Shown piece by piece: positions 43,953-55,121 of a stretch of DNA of 64,000 bases. The notes beneath the pieces are model-generated. The model had not been told where the DNA came from. It saw only the letters and a program-made list of their open reading frames with translations, and did not search any database. This stretch comes from Candidatus Bathyarchaeota archaeon. Its GTDB lineage: Archaea; Thermoproteota; Bathyarchaeia; Bathyarchaeales; DTEX01. Made by a program: the position numbers and the translations under genes. Position 1 is the first letter of the stretch; each line of letters opens with the position of its first letter. Where the stretch lies: assembly GCA_963714275.1 (NCBI GenBank), contig CAVQNT010000002.1, positions 608,001 to 672,000 of the forward strand, in the 5' to 3' direction.

Positions 43953-44807
43953 TTGACAAAAAACATTGGCATAGTAGCCCGAACAGACCGCAAAGAAGCA
44001 GTAACCCTCGCGTCTGAGCTAGCAGTCAAATTCAAAAACGAAGGATTCAACGTCCTCGTGGAACCAAACCTAGCGAAACGCCTGAACTGGGCTGAAAACT
44101 CAACTCCAATTAAAGATATGAAGGCAAACCTGATAGTCACGATTGGCGGAGATGGCACCATACTGAGAACGTGCCTCAGACTTCCGAAGCCTGAACCTCC
44201 AATTTTAGCCATCGACATGGGTGTCCGCGGGTTTCTCACCGAAATCCCGCCTGAAAGGGCGCTTGACGCGGTAGAGAGATACCTAAAAGGAAACTACACG
44301 GTTGAGCATTACAGCAAGCTCGTCTCCTACATAGGCGAAACTAGGCTCCCAGATGCGCTGAACGAAGTTTTCATCACATCCCGTTACTTGGCGAAGCTGC
44401 TTCACGTCAGAATATGGAAAGACAACAAGCCTGTAGCGGACTGCCGAGCCGACGGAGTCATCATATCGTCCCAAGTTGGGTCCACGGGATACACGTTTTC
44501 CGCGGGAGGTCCCATTCTTGACCCTGAGCTCGAAGCTTTCGTTTTGACCCCTGTCTGCCCAATCACGTTCATGCGTTCAATCGTCTTTTCTTTAGGTTCG
44601 CAGGTGACTGTGGAGCTGCTTGATCCTAAGGTGGCAAGGGTTGTAATTGATGGCGACTACCAGAAACCCATGAATCCAAAAACGCACTCGATTCTCGTAA
44701 AGAAGTCAGAGTACGAGTCTTCCTTCATAAGGTTTGATGGCCACTTCTACCAGCGTTTGAAGGCTAGGCTGCTTTTTTCGAGAGAGGAAGGCTACGAGAA
44801 TGGGTAG
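43953..44807 (+). CDS. nadK: NAD kinase
   Basis: GGDGT, LNE, DG...GSTGY...SAGGP. Confidence 0.92.
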   Translation: MTKNIGIVARTDRKEAVTLASELAVKFKNEGFNVLVEPNLAKRLNWAENSTPIKDMKANLIVTIGGDGTILRTCLRLPKPEPPILAIDMGVRGFLTEIPPERALDAVERYLKGNYTVEHYSKLVSYIGETRLPDALNEVFITSRYLAKLLHVRIWKDNKPVADCRADGVIISSQVGSTGYTFSAGGPILDPELEAFVLTPVCPITFMRSIVFSLGSQVTVELLDPKVARVVIDGDYQKPMNPKTHSILVKKSEYESSFIRFDGHFYQRLKARLLFSREEGYENG

Positions 44808-45336
44808 CCGAAGAACCCTCGTCCTAGACACTTCAGCTTTTATCGCTGGCTTTAACCCGTCTGCAGTTGTCTGCGACCTTTACTCGGTGCCAGAGGTGGA
44901 ACACGAACTTACTAAAGCCGATTTAATTAAAGTCAGGTTTCAAGCAGCCGTTGAATCTGGGAAACTTAGGATTCTTTCACCCGATGCCCATTACTTAGAT
45001 GCGGTTAGAGAAGCTTCGAAGGAGATTGGGGACATGCGTTACCTTTCAGAAGCGGATATGCACGTAATCGCCTTAGCGGCTCAGCTCAAAGACGAAGACC
45101 GTTCGCCAACGATTGTTACTGACGATTACTCCATCCAGAACATGGCAACAAAAATCGGCGTCAACTTCACCTCGTTAGCAACCTTCGGCATACGATATCA
45201 GCTACACTGGTTGCTGTATTGCCCAGCGTGCCGACGGAAATACCCGTCGGACTACAAACACAGAGACTGCGAAATCTGCGGAACCCGCCTAAAAAGAAAA
45301 CCTCAAACCAAAAAACCAGCAAACGAATCCGTTTAG
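44800..45336 (+). CDS. nob1: Nob1 rRNA endonuclease (PIN + Zn ribbon)
   Basis: LDTSAFI, LSEAD, TDDYSIQN, CPAC...CEICG. Confidence 0.92.
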   Translation: MGSRRTLVLDTSAFIAGFNPSAVVCDLYSVPEVEHELTKADLIKVRFQAAVESGKLRILSPDAHYLDAVREASKEIGDMRYLSEADMHVIALAAQLKDEDRSPTIVTDDYSIQNMATKIGVNFTSLATFGIRYQLHWLLYCPACRRKYPSDYKHRDCEICGTRLKRKPQTKKPANESV

Positions 45337-45389
45337 ACTGGTTGGAAAGAAGCAACTCCCCAAAACGATTAATTTTGTCTCACACGACC

Positions 45390-45480
45390 AAAAATCTAGA
45401 CGTACAAACGAATACCGGGAAACCCAAGCTGCCGGGGAGATGAGAAGGGGGTATATTTAGACAGGTTGAGCTTCCCGGAG
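45390..45480 (-). ncRNA. Candidate small RNA: long GC-rich hairpin with a C-rich loop
   Basis: Minus-strand BRE/TATA (CGAAAAA-TTTATAAT) at 45503-45517, 13+5 bp stem spanning 45415-45478 with G-U pairs on this strand, T-tract near 45390. Confidence 0.45.
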
Positions 45481-45644
45481 ATTTATCCTCTACATTTTCC
45501 CTATTATAAATTTTTCGATGTTATATTATTGGCGAATTGGAGTTTTCTTCGCGGATTTTGCTATTCGATAGGTTTAACAGTGTCTAATGTTTAAAAAAGG
45601 AGTGTAGTGTTTTGCTCCTTAAATGTGTGAAGGTTGCTGTAACG

Positions 45645-46721
45645 ATGAGGATTCTTCGTAGCGATGTTAAACATGGCACGGTTGCGGTGCTTCCTGAGGT
45701 GCTTGATGACTTTTGGGTTCTGTACAATGTCATCAAAAAGGGCGACAGAGTCTACGCCCACACCACTAGGGAGGTTAGGTTCGGAGACCGCTACGACAAA
45801 CCCGAGAAGGGAAAACGAATTACAGTTTTTCTCGGCGTCTCCATAGAAGACGTGTCATGGGACCGTTACCTAAATCGGCTGCGGGTTCACGGAATCATCT
45901 GCGAAGCTCCTGAAGACGTTGGACCAGGTTCTCATCACACTTTGAACGTGACTTTGAACAAGCCTTTAACGATTGTTAAGGACAAATGGATGAAGTACGA
46001 GCTCGACCAGCTTAAAAGGGCAACTGAAACTGGGGCTCCACCGATCGCCGTAATAGTTGTCGACGACGAGGGATACTGCGTCGCAGTTTTAAGAGGCTTC
46101 GGATTCGACACAAAAGCAGAGGAAACCATCAGTCTACCCGGAAAACGCATGGCGGATGAAAGGACGAGGACCCTTCAGGAACTCTTTAAATCCGCATCTA
46201 AAGTCCTCGAACCCCTTATATCTGAACACAAAATGTCGATTGTTGTGCTCGGGGTAGGTTTCGTCAAGAACCAGTTCATCAAGTTCTTGGAAGACAACAA
46301 GCCTGAACTCCGCAAAGCAGTGGTCGACGTGAAGAGCGTCAACAGCACAGGCAAGTCGGGAATCAACGAGGCTTTACGGTCAGGAGTATTAGGTAAAGCC
46401 CTAAAGCATGTCCGTATCGCTGATGAATCTGAAGTCGTGGAGGAGGTTCTGGAAAGGCTTGGAAAGGAAAATGTAAATGTCACATACGGGTCTGCGGAAG
46501 TCGAAAAAGCCAACAGCCTTGGCGCTGTGGACAGATTGTTGCTTGCGGATGTTAAGTTGAGAGAAGCTTCAGACGAGGAAAGGCAAGTTCTCGAAAAGCT
46601 GATGCGGGAGGTTGAGAACAAAGGGGGAAGAGTCATCATAATCAGCACCGAGCACGAGGCAGGAACAAAACTCAACTCGCTCGGAGGTATAGCAGCGCTG
46701 TTAAGGTTCTACATAAATTAA
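45645..46721 (+). CDS. pelA: Pelota/Dom34 ribosome rescue factor
   Basis: DDFWVLYNVI, LRVHGII, HHTL, LGGIAALLRF. Confidence 0.93.
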   Translation: MRILRSDVKHGTVAVLPEVLDDFWVLYNVIKKGDRVYAHTTREVRFGDRYDKPEKGKRITVFLGVSIEDVSWDRYLNRLRVHGIICEAPEDVGPGSHHTLNVTLNKPLTIVKDKWMKYELDQLKRATETGAPPIAVIVVDDEGYCVAVLRGFGFDTKAEETISLPGKRMADERTRTLQELFKSASKVLEPLISEHKMSIVVLGVGFVKNQFIKFLEDNKPELRKAVVDVKSVNSTGKSGINEALRSGVLGKALKHVRIADESEVVEEVLERLGKENVNVTYGSAEVEKANSLGAVDRLLLADVKLREASDEERQVLEKLMREVENKGGRVIIISTEHEAGTKLNSLGGIAALLRFYIN

Positions 46722-46729
46722 TTAAGAAT

Positions 46730-48091
46730 CTACTCAGGCTTTTTTATTGTGTCAATTATTTTCTTTTCAGCGAAATTTGCCAATTTTTGTAAAGTTTCTT
46801 GGGTTTTCGCTTCAACTGTCAGTCTGACCAGCGATTGCGTGTTGGAGGGTCTTATGAGGAACCAGCCTTCATCTTCAATGACTTTGACCCCGTCAATGGT
46901 AACCGTTTCATAACCCATACTCATAAATTCTTTAGCCAGTTTCTCGACTATCAGAAACTTCTTTTCTTCAGCGCACTCGTAACTTTTACCAGGAATCCTA
47001 GGATACTTGGGCAGAGAGTCCACGATCTCCGAGAATTTCTGTTCTCTTTTCGAAAGAACCTCGGCAACCTTGAGACACGTGAACATGGCGTCGTCGAAGC
47101 CGTAAACATCCATAAAATAGAAGTGACCGCTTGTTTCTCCGCCAAACACAGCCTTCTCCTTAAGCATCTTATCCGCAATATAAGTATGCCCAACCCGGCT
47201 GAGCACGGGCTTACCGCCGTAGGCTTCGATTGTTTCCTCTACAGCCAACGAACAGCTAACCTCGTACACGATGGCGGCGCCTTTCCGCCTTTCAAGGTAG
47301 TGTTCTGTAAGTAGTAGAAATATGTCTGTGCTTGAAACCATGCCCCCCTTGTCGTCTACGAACACTGCTCGGTCACCGTCCCCGTCGAAGCCTACGCCAA
47401 AGTTAGACTTCTTCTTGTAAACCAGCCGCTTGACCTCAGACAGAGTTTCCTCGTTCGGCTCCGGTGAATGAACCGGAAAGGTTCCGTCAGGTTCACCGTT
47501 AATGACATCCACGTTTATCCCTGTTTTCTGGAAAAGGCTTGGCGTCAGCAGGGAGCATGAGCCGTTTCCAGGGTCAGCAATGATGCTCAGATCTTTCTTG
47601 ATTTCCACTTTTTCTGAGACATAGCTCTCATAGTCTCTGATTGCGTTGGCATACTTTGAGAGATGTCCGCGGGATGAATATGAAAATTTGCCTTTGACTG
47701 CTAGGTCTCTCAGGGCTTCCATGCCCATGCCCATGCTTATGAAGCTGTTTCCCGCCCAGATTTTAAGCCCGTTCCACTCAGGCGGGTTGTGGGAAGCAGT
47801 AACCATGACGCCGCCATCCTTTTCATAGTGCACTGAAGCCCAGTTAAGCAGTGGAGTTGTCACCGTCCCGATGTCTTCAACGTTGAGTCCACCAGAAAGC
47901 ATTCCTTCGGAAACAGCTTTGCCTAAAGGGTTGCTGCTCATCCTGACGTCTTTACCTACGAGCATCGTTTTTTGTTTGCCGCCAACGTATGCTGCGAGTG
48001 CCCTGCCGATTGTTTGAACGGTGTTTTCTGTGATTTCTTTTCCGTAGACGCCTCGGATGTCATACGCCCTAAAAATGCCTTCTGAAATCAT
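46730..48091 (-). CDS. Phosphomannomutase/phosphoglucomutase
   Basis: FRAYDIRG, TASHNP, DGDGDR, GETSGH, RPSNT. Confidence 0.93.
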   Translation of the reverse strand: MISEGIFRAYDIRGVYGKEITENTVQTIGRALAAYVGGKQKTMLVGKDVRMSSNPLGKAVSEGMLSGGLNVEDIGTVTTPLLNWASVHYEKDGGVMVTASHNPPEWNGLKIWAGNSFISMGMGMEALRDLAVKGKFSYSSRGHLSKYANAIRDYESYVSEKVEIKKDLSIIADPGNGSCSLLTPSLFQKTGINVDVINGEPDGTFPVHSPEPNEETLSEVKRLVYKKKSNFGVGFDGDGDRAVFVDDKGGMVSSTDIFLLLTEHYLERRKGAAIVYEVSCSLAVEETIEAYGGKPVLSRVGHTYIADKMLKEKAVFGGETSGHFYFMDVYGFDDAMFTCLKVAEVLSKREQKFSEIVDSLPKYPRIPGKSYECAEEKKFLIVEKLAKEFMSMGYETVTIDGVKVIEDEGWFLIRPSNTQSLVRLTVEAKTQETLQKLANFAEKKIIDTIKKPE

Positions 48092-48181
48092 GCAACGAAC
48101 TTCCAAGGTTATTCTACGCTTAGGTAAACTATTAAAATTTCCGCACATAAGATTTCAGCTTGGAATCGCTGGTGGTGGGTA

Positions 48182-48613
48182 GTGGAAATAACTGAAGTGG
48201 TTACGGCGTACGGGCACAGTCTCGTCCAAGCGACCCACAGAACAACTTTAGAGGTAACCAAAGACTCGCATCTGACAAAGAAGGGAGACTGCATAATCGC
48301 GGTGAAGGCTGACAAAAGCCTTGTGGACCTAAGCCGAGACTTCAAAGAAGCAGCGAGAACCCCAAAAGCGAAGATTACAGTTACAATCGAAGCTGGAGAA
48401 GTAAAGGAAACCGTTACAGCCAACGGCGATGTGGGCTTTCTGTTTAATCATCCGACAGACATGGTTGTGAGGAAAAGCAGCTACATGTGCAGCCGAACGT
48501 TGGCTGTTAAAGCCGACAAAGCCGCACAGGACCTATCCAGAAAGCTTGTCGAAAAGCTCATGAACCCAGACCAAAAAGTCAAGATAACGTTGACCGTGAA
48601 CGTTCCAGAATAG
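48182..48613 (+). CDS. DUF371 family protein
   Basis: GH...ATHRTTLEVTKD...GDCII, RKS, ADKAA. Confidence 0.85.
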   Translation: MEITEVVTAYGHSLVQATHRTTLEVTKDSHLTKKGDCIIAVKADKSLVDLSRDFKEAARTPKAKITVTIEAGEVKETVTANGDVGFLFNHPTDMVVRKSSYMCSRTLAVKADKAAQDLSRKLVEKLMNPDQKVKITLTVNVPE

Positions 48614-48625
48614 AACAAGAACTTC

Positions 48626-49709
48626 TCAATAGACGGTTGCGTCAACGACAACATGCCACTTGAACGGAGCGACCTCTCGTACGGTTTTTACTGACAGATA
48701 TCCGCTAATGTTGCGACCAGTTTTACTTATAGCCTCGGTCAAATGTCTTTTCGCTGCCTTCATCGCGTTCGCTCCTTCTGAAAACTCGTAATAGTGGATG
48801 ATTCCGCCTTCAGGCTTCAAAACCTCACAAGCAATGTCCACGTACTCCTCAGGCTCTTTCTGGAAGATTCATAATTACGCGGTCAGTGGTCCCACGTATC
48901 TTCCCTTTTACGACCTTTCTTACATCGCCAAGAACGGGCACAACTTTTCCCAGAACGCTGTTAGCAGTCACGTTCTTTTCCAAATATCGAACTGCGTCTG
49001 GATTCACGTCAACCGCATAAACCTTAACATCATTGCATAGTTTGGCTATTAATACGGAAAATGGTCCAACCCCTGCGAACATGTCGATTACGGTTTCGTT
49101 TTCTTTAACCTGCAAGGCGACCCTTTGATGCTCGTGAGAAAGCCTTGGCGAAAAGTAAACTTTACTTAAATCAACAAAATACCTGCACCCGTGCTCCTTG
49201 TGAACAGTTTCTGTGTTAGGTAATCCTGCGATGACTTCGTATTCCCTTAATCGGCATATTCCTTCCACAGCGCTAGACTTTGCCAGCACCGTCTGAATGT
49301 TTTTGTGGACTTCGAGGATTGCTTCGCCGACAACGGTTTTGTGTTCAGCCAGCTCAGCGGGGATTTCCACGACGGCTATTTCGCCCACAAAGTCTATGGC
49401 GTGAGGGAAACTTGCCCGAAGATTGGGAGGCAACCGTTCAGCAGCAACGTCAAGGGCACTTTTTGAGCGCTTATCTTGAACGACGAACTCGTGGACGACA
49501 ATTTCTAAGGCAACAAAATCCTTCCTAATTTCTTCGACATGCCCAGAATCAAGTTTCTTGACCACGGGAATAAGCAGAGAACCATTTTCAAGAATGATTT
49601 TAAGGTTTTTATCAAGTAAGCCCAAACTGGCAACTAGGCGGATGGCTTTTTCGCCTTGTTTTTTCGGTACTTTTAGGGCATAAGCCTTTGTTTTTGTTTG
49701 TTGACCCAT
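48626..49709 (-). CDS. trm5: tRNA m1G37 methyltransferase Trm5, indel near 48852
   Basis: VYFSPRL, DMFAGVGPF, IMNLP. Confidence 0.88.
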
Positions 49710-49774
49710 GAAACGGTTTGTTTCTCCTTGATTGCGCAGATTTATTTTTCAAATGACTACGTTTGTCTGCAGCT

Positions 49775-50794
49775 TTATGCCTTTTCCACGATTTTTTGGA
49801 TTTTCACTTGCTTTCTGATTCCTAGTCCTTGTTCTTCGAGAAGCTTTTTCACGTTGGATTCAGTCACCGCAGTCGTTGTTCCGACCATCGTGACGCACGA
49901 TGCTCCAGCAGCTTCGCCTTCCAACAAAATCTGGATTAACTCTTCGACTGAAAAGTCGGATAACTCGCGCCTTTTTTTACTCATTGCCTTAATCAGTCCT
50001 TTTATCATGCCTGAGCAGAGGGCGTCTCCTGCACCCGTAGGGTCCACCACCGGCACTTTGAAGGTTGGCATTTCAAAAAAAGTATTCCGAGTTTCGGCGA
50101 TGAGCCCTTTTTCGCCCATGCTTATGACTACGAGCTGAATGCCCTTGCGGTTTAAAGCCTTCGCTGCTTCGTGGGGGTCATCCATTCCTGTTATGCCTTT
50201 GGCTTCGTCTTGGTTGCAGTGAAAAATATCCATAAACTTGAAAGATGGAAAAATCAGGTCCCAATCTCGCTTGTACGGTTTCACTGCGTCCACAAAAGTT
50301 AAGCACCCGTAATCTTTGGCTTTCTCCAGAACCATTGGCAGCTTCTCGTCGAATTTTCCTGTGATGCCGACTCCGCCCACGTATAATAATGCTGGTTTCT
50401 CTTTTTCAAAGACGGAAAGAACGTGGTCTGTGCTGAGATGCCAGTTGGCTCCGATGTCTGTGTGGAACCGTCTGTCCTCGCCTGTTACCACAAGCACAAT
50501 AGTTTTTGACGTGCCCGCTTCCTTAACTCTCTGTAGATGTGTGACTATTCCATGTTTTTTCAGTAGGTTCTCTAAAAAATCTCCGAACACATCGTCCCCG
50601 ACTACACTGACGCAGCTAACCTCGCCCTCGTGTAAACCGAGCTTCCTCAGGTTGACCGAAACGTTCCCCGAATGCCCGCCCATGTGCACCTCGATTCCTT
50701 GAGGTGAAAACGTGAGCTCGCCCGGCTCTGAGACTTTTGGCAAATTCGCTGCGATGATATCTACTACGAGAATGCCGACACACGTAACCTGCAA
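49775..50794 (-). CDS. PfkB carbohydrate kinase
   Basis: GGHSGNV, VGDDVFG, DPTGAGDA; start uncertain. Confidence 0.88.
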   Translation of the reverse strand: MQVTCVGILVVDIIAANLPKVSEPGELTFSPQGIEVHMGGHSGNVSVNLRKLGLHEGEVSCVSVVGDDVFGDFLENLLKKHGIVTHLQRVKEAGTSKTIVLVVTGEDRRFHTDIGANWHLSTDHVLSVFEKEKPALLYVGGVGITGKFDEKLPMVLEKAKDYGCLTFVDAVKPYKRDWDLIFPSFKFMDIFHCNQDEAKGITGMDDPHEAAKALNRKGIQLVVISMGEKGLIAETRNTFFEMPTFKVPVVDPTGAGDALCSGMIKGLIKAMSKKRRELSDFSVEELIQILLEGEAAGASCVTMVGTTTAVTESNVKKLLEEQGLGIRKQVKIQKIVEKA

Positions 50795-50998
50795 ACCACA
50801 TTTCTCCTTTCGTTTCATAAGAATAATTGGATTGAATTCATTTATCGTTTTCCAGAACATCATGGCACAATTAAGCGTAAAGGTTAACTTTAGCTGACGA
50901 TTCAGGTAAAGTTTTGGGTTGACCGGCTTATTCGCCTTCGTAGAAGCTGACCTTAACAAATATGAGCCCAAAAATGTCCAGATTGCGCGCTTGTTTTT

Positions 50999-52015
50999 CT
51001 AGTAATCTGCCCAGCCTTCAAGCGCCTTTTTGGCGTACCCCCGAATGTAGGCTCGAGTGCGGGCTATGTCCCCTTTTTTGTTTAATGTTTTTAATTTTTC
51101 TTTGCCTCCTAGGCTTTCAGCGATTTCAAGGCATTTTCTGAGTATTCCGTCGTCTACCTCGCCTTCTTTCGAAACGGCACCAATGTTTTCTTCGAGTTCA
51201 GCCATCGTGTTGGTTCCGGGCACAATCGTGCTTACTTCAGGAGACTTCAGTATCCACCTTAAGGCCATCTGGGCAGGCGAAAAATCCCGTGTCTCATAAC
51301 CTTCTGGGCAAAAGTTCGTAAAGGCTATCCCGTAATATGGCCAACAGAAGGGTTTCATGACAACTATGCCGACATCCAACGCTTTGCAGAGGGGAAAGAG
51401 GATTTTGGCTTCTTGGCGGTGGAAGTTGTATGGAATCATGACGGAGTCGAAGCAGTCGAACTTCCGCACCAACTCAGCGACGAAACTCGGCTGGTGGTCA
51501 GCGATGCCGATGGCTCGGATTTTTCCTTGGCTTCTAATTTCTTTCAGCACGTCAACGACGAATTCGAACCTTTCTCGCGAATACCCACCTGACACCTCAT
51601 GAACGTTGAAAACGTCAATGTGTTTGGTTCCGAGAACCTTGAGTCTCTCGTCAACTCCTTCCATTATCGTGTCTCTCCATCTGGCTCTTGAGACAGTCTT
51701 CAGTCTGGCAACGGGACTCATCGTCTCGGCGGCTATGTGAACTTCGTTTCTTCTACCAAGAGTTTTTAGGCTTAAACCCAATGATTGGCACTCTTCGATC
51801 AGACCAGTATCGAAATAGTTTACTCCCGCGTTGATGGCGCATTCGATGAGCTTGGTCCTCGACGATTGGGTATTTATTAGTTCATCGTGCTCTAGGGGTT
51901 CTTCGGGTTTTTTTTCTGGAAAATGGTAGGGATTAAGGAAACGGGCGTATTCGTGTCCCCCCAGCCCCAGTTCCGAGACCTTAAATCCTGTTCTACCTAA
52001 AATTCGGTACTTCAT
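50999..52015 (-). CDS. Aldo/keto reductase
   Basis: LGRTGFKVSELGLG, NYFDT, MKP. Confidence 0.88.
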   Translation of the reverse strand: MKYRILGRTGFKVSELGLGGHEYARFLNPYHFPEKKPEEPLEHDELINTQSSRTKLIECAINAGVNYFDTGLIEECQSLGLSLKTLGRRNEVHIAAETMSPVARLKTVSRARWRDTIMEGVDERLKVLGTKHIDVFNVHEVSGGYSRERFEFVVDVLKEIRSQGKIRAIGIADHQPSFVAELVRKFDCFDSVMIPYNFHRQEAKILFPLCKALDVGIVVMKPFCWPYYGIAFTNFCPEGYETRDFSPAQMALRWILKSPEVSTIVPGTNTMAELEENIGAVSKEGEVDDGILRKCLEIAESLGGKEKLKTLNKKGDIARTRAYIRGYAKKALEGWADY

Positions 52016-52178
52016 GTTAAAAAGTTCCTCATCACATGTCTATTAATGTTCAATGATTCATACTTGTATGCATGTTGCTTATGGGTTTACATCTTCCGTA
52101 AGCATTAATTGAAGAGGTTTGTCGTCTGAGACTTAAATATTCATCCCACAATTTTCACTTGACATTCGCTGAGATTAC

Positions 52179-53473
52179 ATGAACAGTGAGCAAGCACAAC
52201 GGAAACAGAAACGAGGTTCAGTTAAGGGTGAAAAGCGTTTGAAAACAACAATTAAAACGAAAAATAGTCGGTCAAGTTCCATTAAGGTAAGTGAGAATGG
52301 CAGATATTTTGTTGATTCTGGAGGCAGACCCGTCTTCTGGCTAGGCACCACGCAGTGGCAAATCTTTAGGGAGCACCCGTTGGCAGAGGCTGAGTTGATC
52401 CTCGAAAAGACGAAGAAGAATGGATTTAGCTTCGTCCAAGCAATGTTACTAGGCGTAGGCGACGGCACCAAACCCAACGTCTATGGCGAGACTCCGTGGA
52501 ATAACGATGACCCTGCAACGCCGAACGAAGCATTTTTCGAGCACGTGGACTCCGTGGTTCAAGTTGCCCACAAAAAAGGGCTAATTCTCGTGGCTGGGAT
52601 TTACCATCAAACGATGGGCAACCACGTAAACGAAAAAAACGCTCGAACGTGGGCACGATGGATTGCTGAACGGTACAGAGATGTGCCGAACCTGATTTGG
52701 TCGATGTATCCCCGAGCTGAACCCGAGTACACTCCGCTTATGAGGGAGATGAGCTGCGGGGCTTCAGCAGAGCGACAAAGGTTTCCACTTGATTACCGTT
52801 CATCCTGACCCTTCGCCGACTTCATCTAGCACCTACCTGCATGATGAGGGCTGGCTGGCTTTCAATTCGATGCAACCTTGGGGGTACGTCGAATTAATGT
52901 ATTCCATGATCACCCACGACTACGGTCTGAAGCCCGTGAAGCCCGTGGTTATGGCAGAGGGCGCCTACGAGCAGGGCACAGAGTACGGGTTCGACGTTAC
53001 ACCGTTGTGGGTTCGCAGACAAGCCTACTATTCGTATTTGGCTGGCGCACACCACAGCTACGGGCACAACGACAGCTGGCGAATGCTCCCAACGTGGAAG
53101 GAGGCTTTGGATGCGCCCGGCGCAAAACAGATGGGCATCCTAAAGAAATTTTTCCTTGACCTTGAAGAATGGTGGAACCTTTTCCCTGACCAAACAATCC
53201 TTGCAAGTGGCGGACAAACCGATGGTAGACTGCTGAACCTCGCTGCACGCCATAAGGACGGAAAATGGGTAATCGCATATTTTGCCTACAAAGCCTCGTT
53301 CAAAGTCGACATGGGAAAGGTTACGGCGGGAAACAAGGCTGAAGCCTTCTGGATTGACCCAAGAAACGGCGAATCAACTCCAATGGGCAGTTTCACAACC
53401 AAGGTGATAAAAATCGTTCTCGACGCCTGATGGATGGGAGGATTCACTGTTATTGCTGAAAGCAAAGGATTGA
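52179..53473 (+). CDS. DUF4038 (apiosidase-like) glycoside hydrolase, indels near 52752 and 53410
   Basis: FWLGTTQW, TVHP, AEGAYE, VRRQAY, WIDPRNG. Confidence 0.8.
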
Positions 53474-53569
53474 GGATATATATTAAAAATAAAACTCAAC
53501 GAAAACGTGCAGTATCCAAGAAAAAATATATCATCTTTTGACATTATAATTGTAGGGTAGGAGCGTGAA

Positions 53570-54121
53570 TTGTTGAAAGTAGTTGCGGTCCAGTCAAGCC
53601 CAAACGTGGATGGGTTGACGTGCCAACTGGCTAAAGCTGTCTTAGAGGGGGCCAAAAGTAAAGGCGCTGAAACAGAATTAGAACACTTGAACAAGTTGAA
53701 AATTGATTCCTGCATGGCTCACGATCGAGGATGGGGAACGTGCCAAACTGAAGGAAAATGCATGATACAAGACGACTTCCAAAACCTAAGAGAAAAAATC
53801 AACAAGGCAGATGCATTAGTGTTTAGCACACCTGTCTATTTTGGCGACCTAAGTGAGTCCGCTAAACGGTTTCTTGACAGATGGCGCAGATGCGAAATTT
53901 TCAATCGTGAAGCCACTCTCCTGAAAGGAAAACTTGCAGTCGGAATAGCAGCAGCTGGAGGGTCGGGCGGAGGAGCAGTGAACGCCCTGCATAATCTGGA
54001 AAATTATCTGTGGTGGCTACAATTCACGATTTTTGACCTTGTTCCCGTAACTAGAATGTCGAAGGAACATAAGCTTGACATGCTAAAGGCAGTAGGCAAG
54101 AGGTTAACAACCCAAAAGTAA
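53570..54121 (+). CDS. Iron-sulfur flavoprotein / flavodoxin family
   Basis: SSPNVDGLT, Cys cluster, STPVYFG. Confidence 0.85.
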   Translation: MLKVVAVQSSPNVDGLTCQLAKAVLEGAKSKGAETELEHLNKLKIDSCMAHDRGWGTCQTEGKCMIQDDFQNLREKINKADALVFSTPVYFGDLSESAKRFLDRWRRCEIFNREATLLKGKLAVGIAAAGGSGGGAVNALHNLENYLWWLQFTIFDLVPVTRMSKEHKLDMLKAVGKRLTTQK

Positions 54122-54157
54122 CTACGCCATTTCTTTTTGGCAAGAGTGTGTTTTGGC

Positions 54158-54992
54158 ATGCCTGAACTTCCCGAGATTAAGGTCATTGCAGACTCAGATG
54201 GACAGGGAGCTTTCTGGAAAACGGGTCGCTGAAGTTGAGTCGAGGCAGCCGAAGAACCTTAATGTGGCTGTGGAGGACTTTGTCGAGGCGGTTAAGGGCA
54301 AAACCGTCAGCAACGTTACAGGCAGGGGCAAGTGGATATTCATGAAGCTTAAACCCGCGTATTTTTTGCTCATTAATCTCGGAATGTACGGCGAACTCCT
54401 CTACTACACGAAGGGGCAGAAGCTTCCTGAACGTTACCAATTCAGACTGACGTTTACTGACGGAAGCGGCTTCACGATTTTCTTCTCGTGGTTCGGGTAT
54501 GTCCATCTTGTCGCAGAAAAAGACGCCGCAAAACACAAGATGACAGCCAAGCTTGGCGTTGACCCCTTCGACGACGGTTTCACGTTCGAAAAATTCGACA
54601 ATCTGTTGATGTCCAAGAGAAGGACAAGGCTAAAAAGTTTCATCTTGGACCAGAAGAACGTCGCAGGCATCGGAAACGTCTACGCGCAGGACACGCTTTT
54701 CGAAGCTGGGCTGCATCCTGACCGCCAAATTTCAACATTAACAAAAGAAGAAAAGGAAAGTTTGTACAGCGCCATAAAACGGGTACTGAACCGAAGCGTC
54801 CAACTCGGTGGCTTGGCTTACGAGAAAGACTTCTACGGGCGGAACGGAAGGTTCGGCGGAAACGAGTTCCAAGTGGGCTACAGGGAAGGCAAGCCTTGCC
54901 CAATGTGTCAGACGACAATACAAAAAATCAGGACGGGAAGCACCTCCACATACATCTGCCCAAAATGCCAACCTCTAAAATCGGTTGGCTAA
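54158..54992 (+). CDS. Fpg/MutM family DNA glycosylase, indel near 54190
   Basis: MPELPE at ATG 54158, RGK, AGIGNVY, CPMC...CPKCQ. Confidence 0.88.
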
Positions 54993-55121
54993 TCGTCTAT
55001 CCCCATTTGGTTTATAAAAACATAAATGAAAAAAAGGTCTTTTTTAGGGCAATCAATCACTTAAGATAATGCCTATAGAAGAATGTCCCCCAAAAAAAGC
55101 ATGTAAGGCAATGTAAGACTT

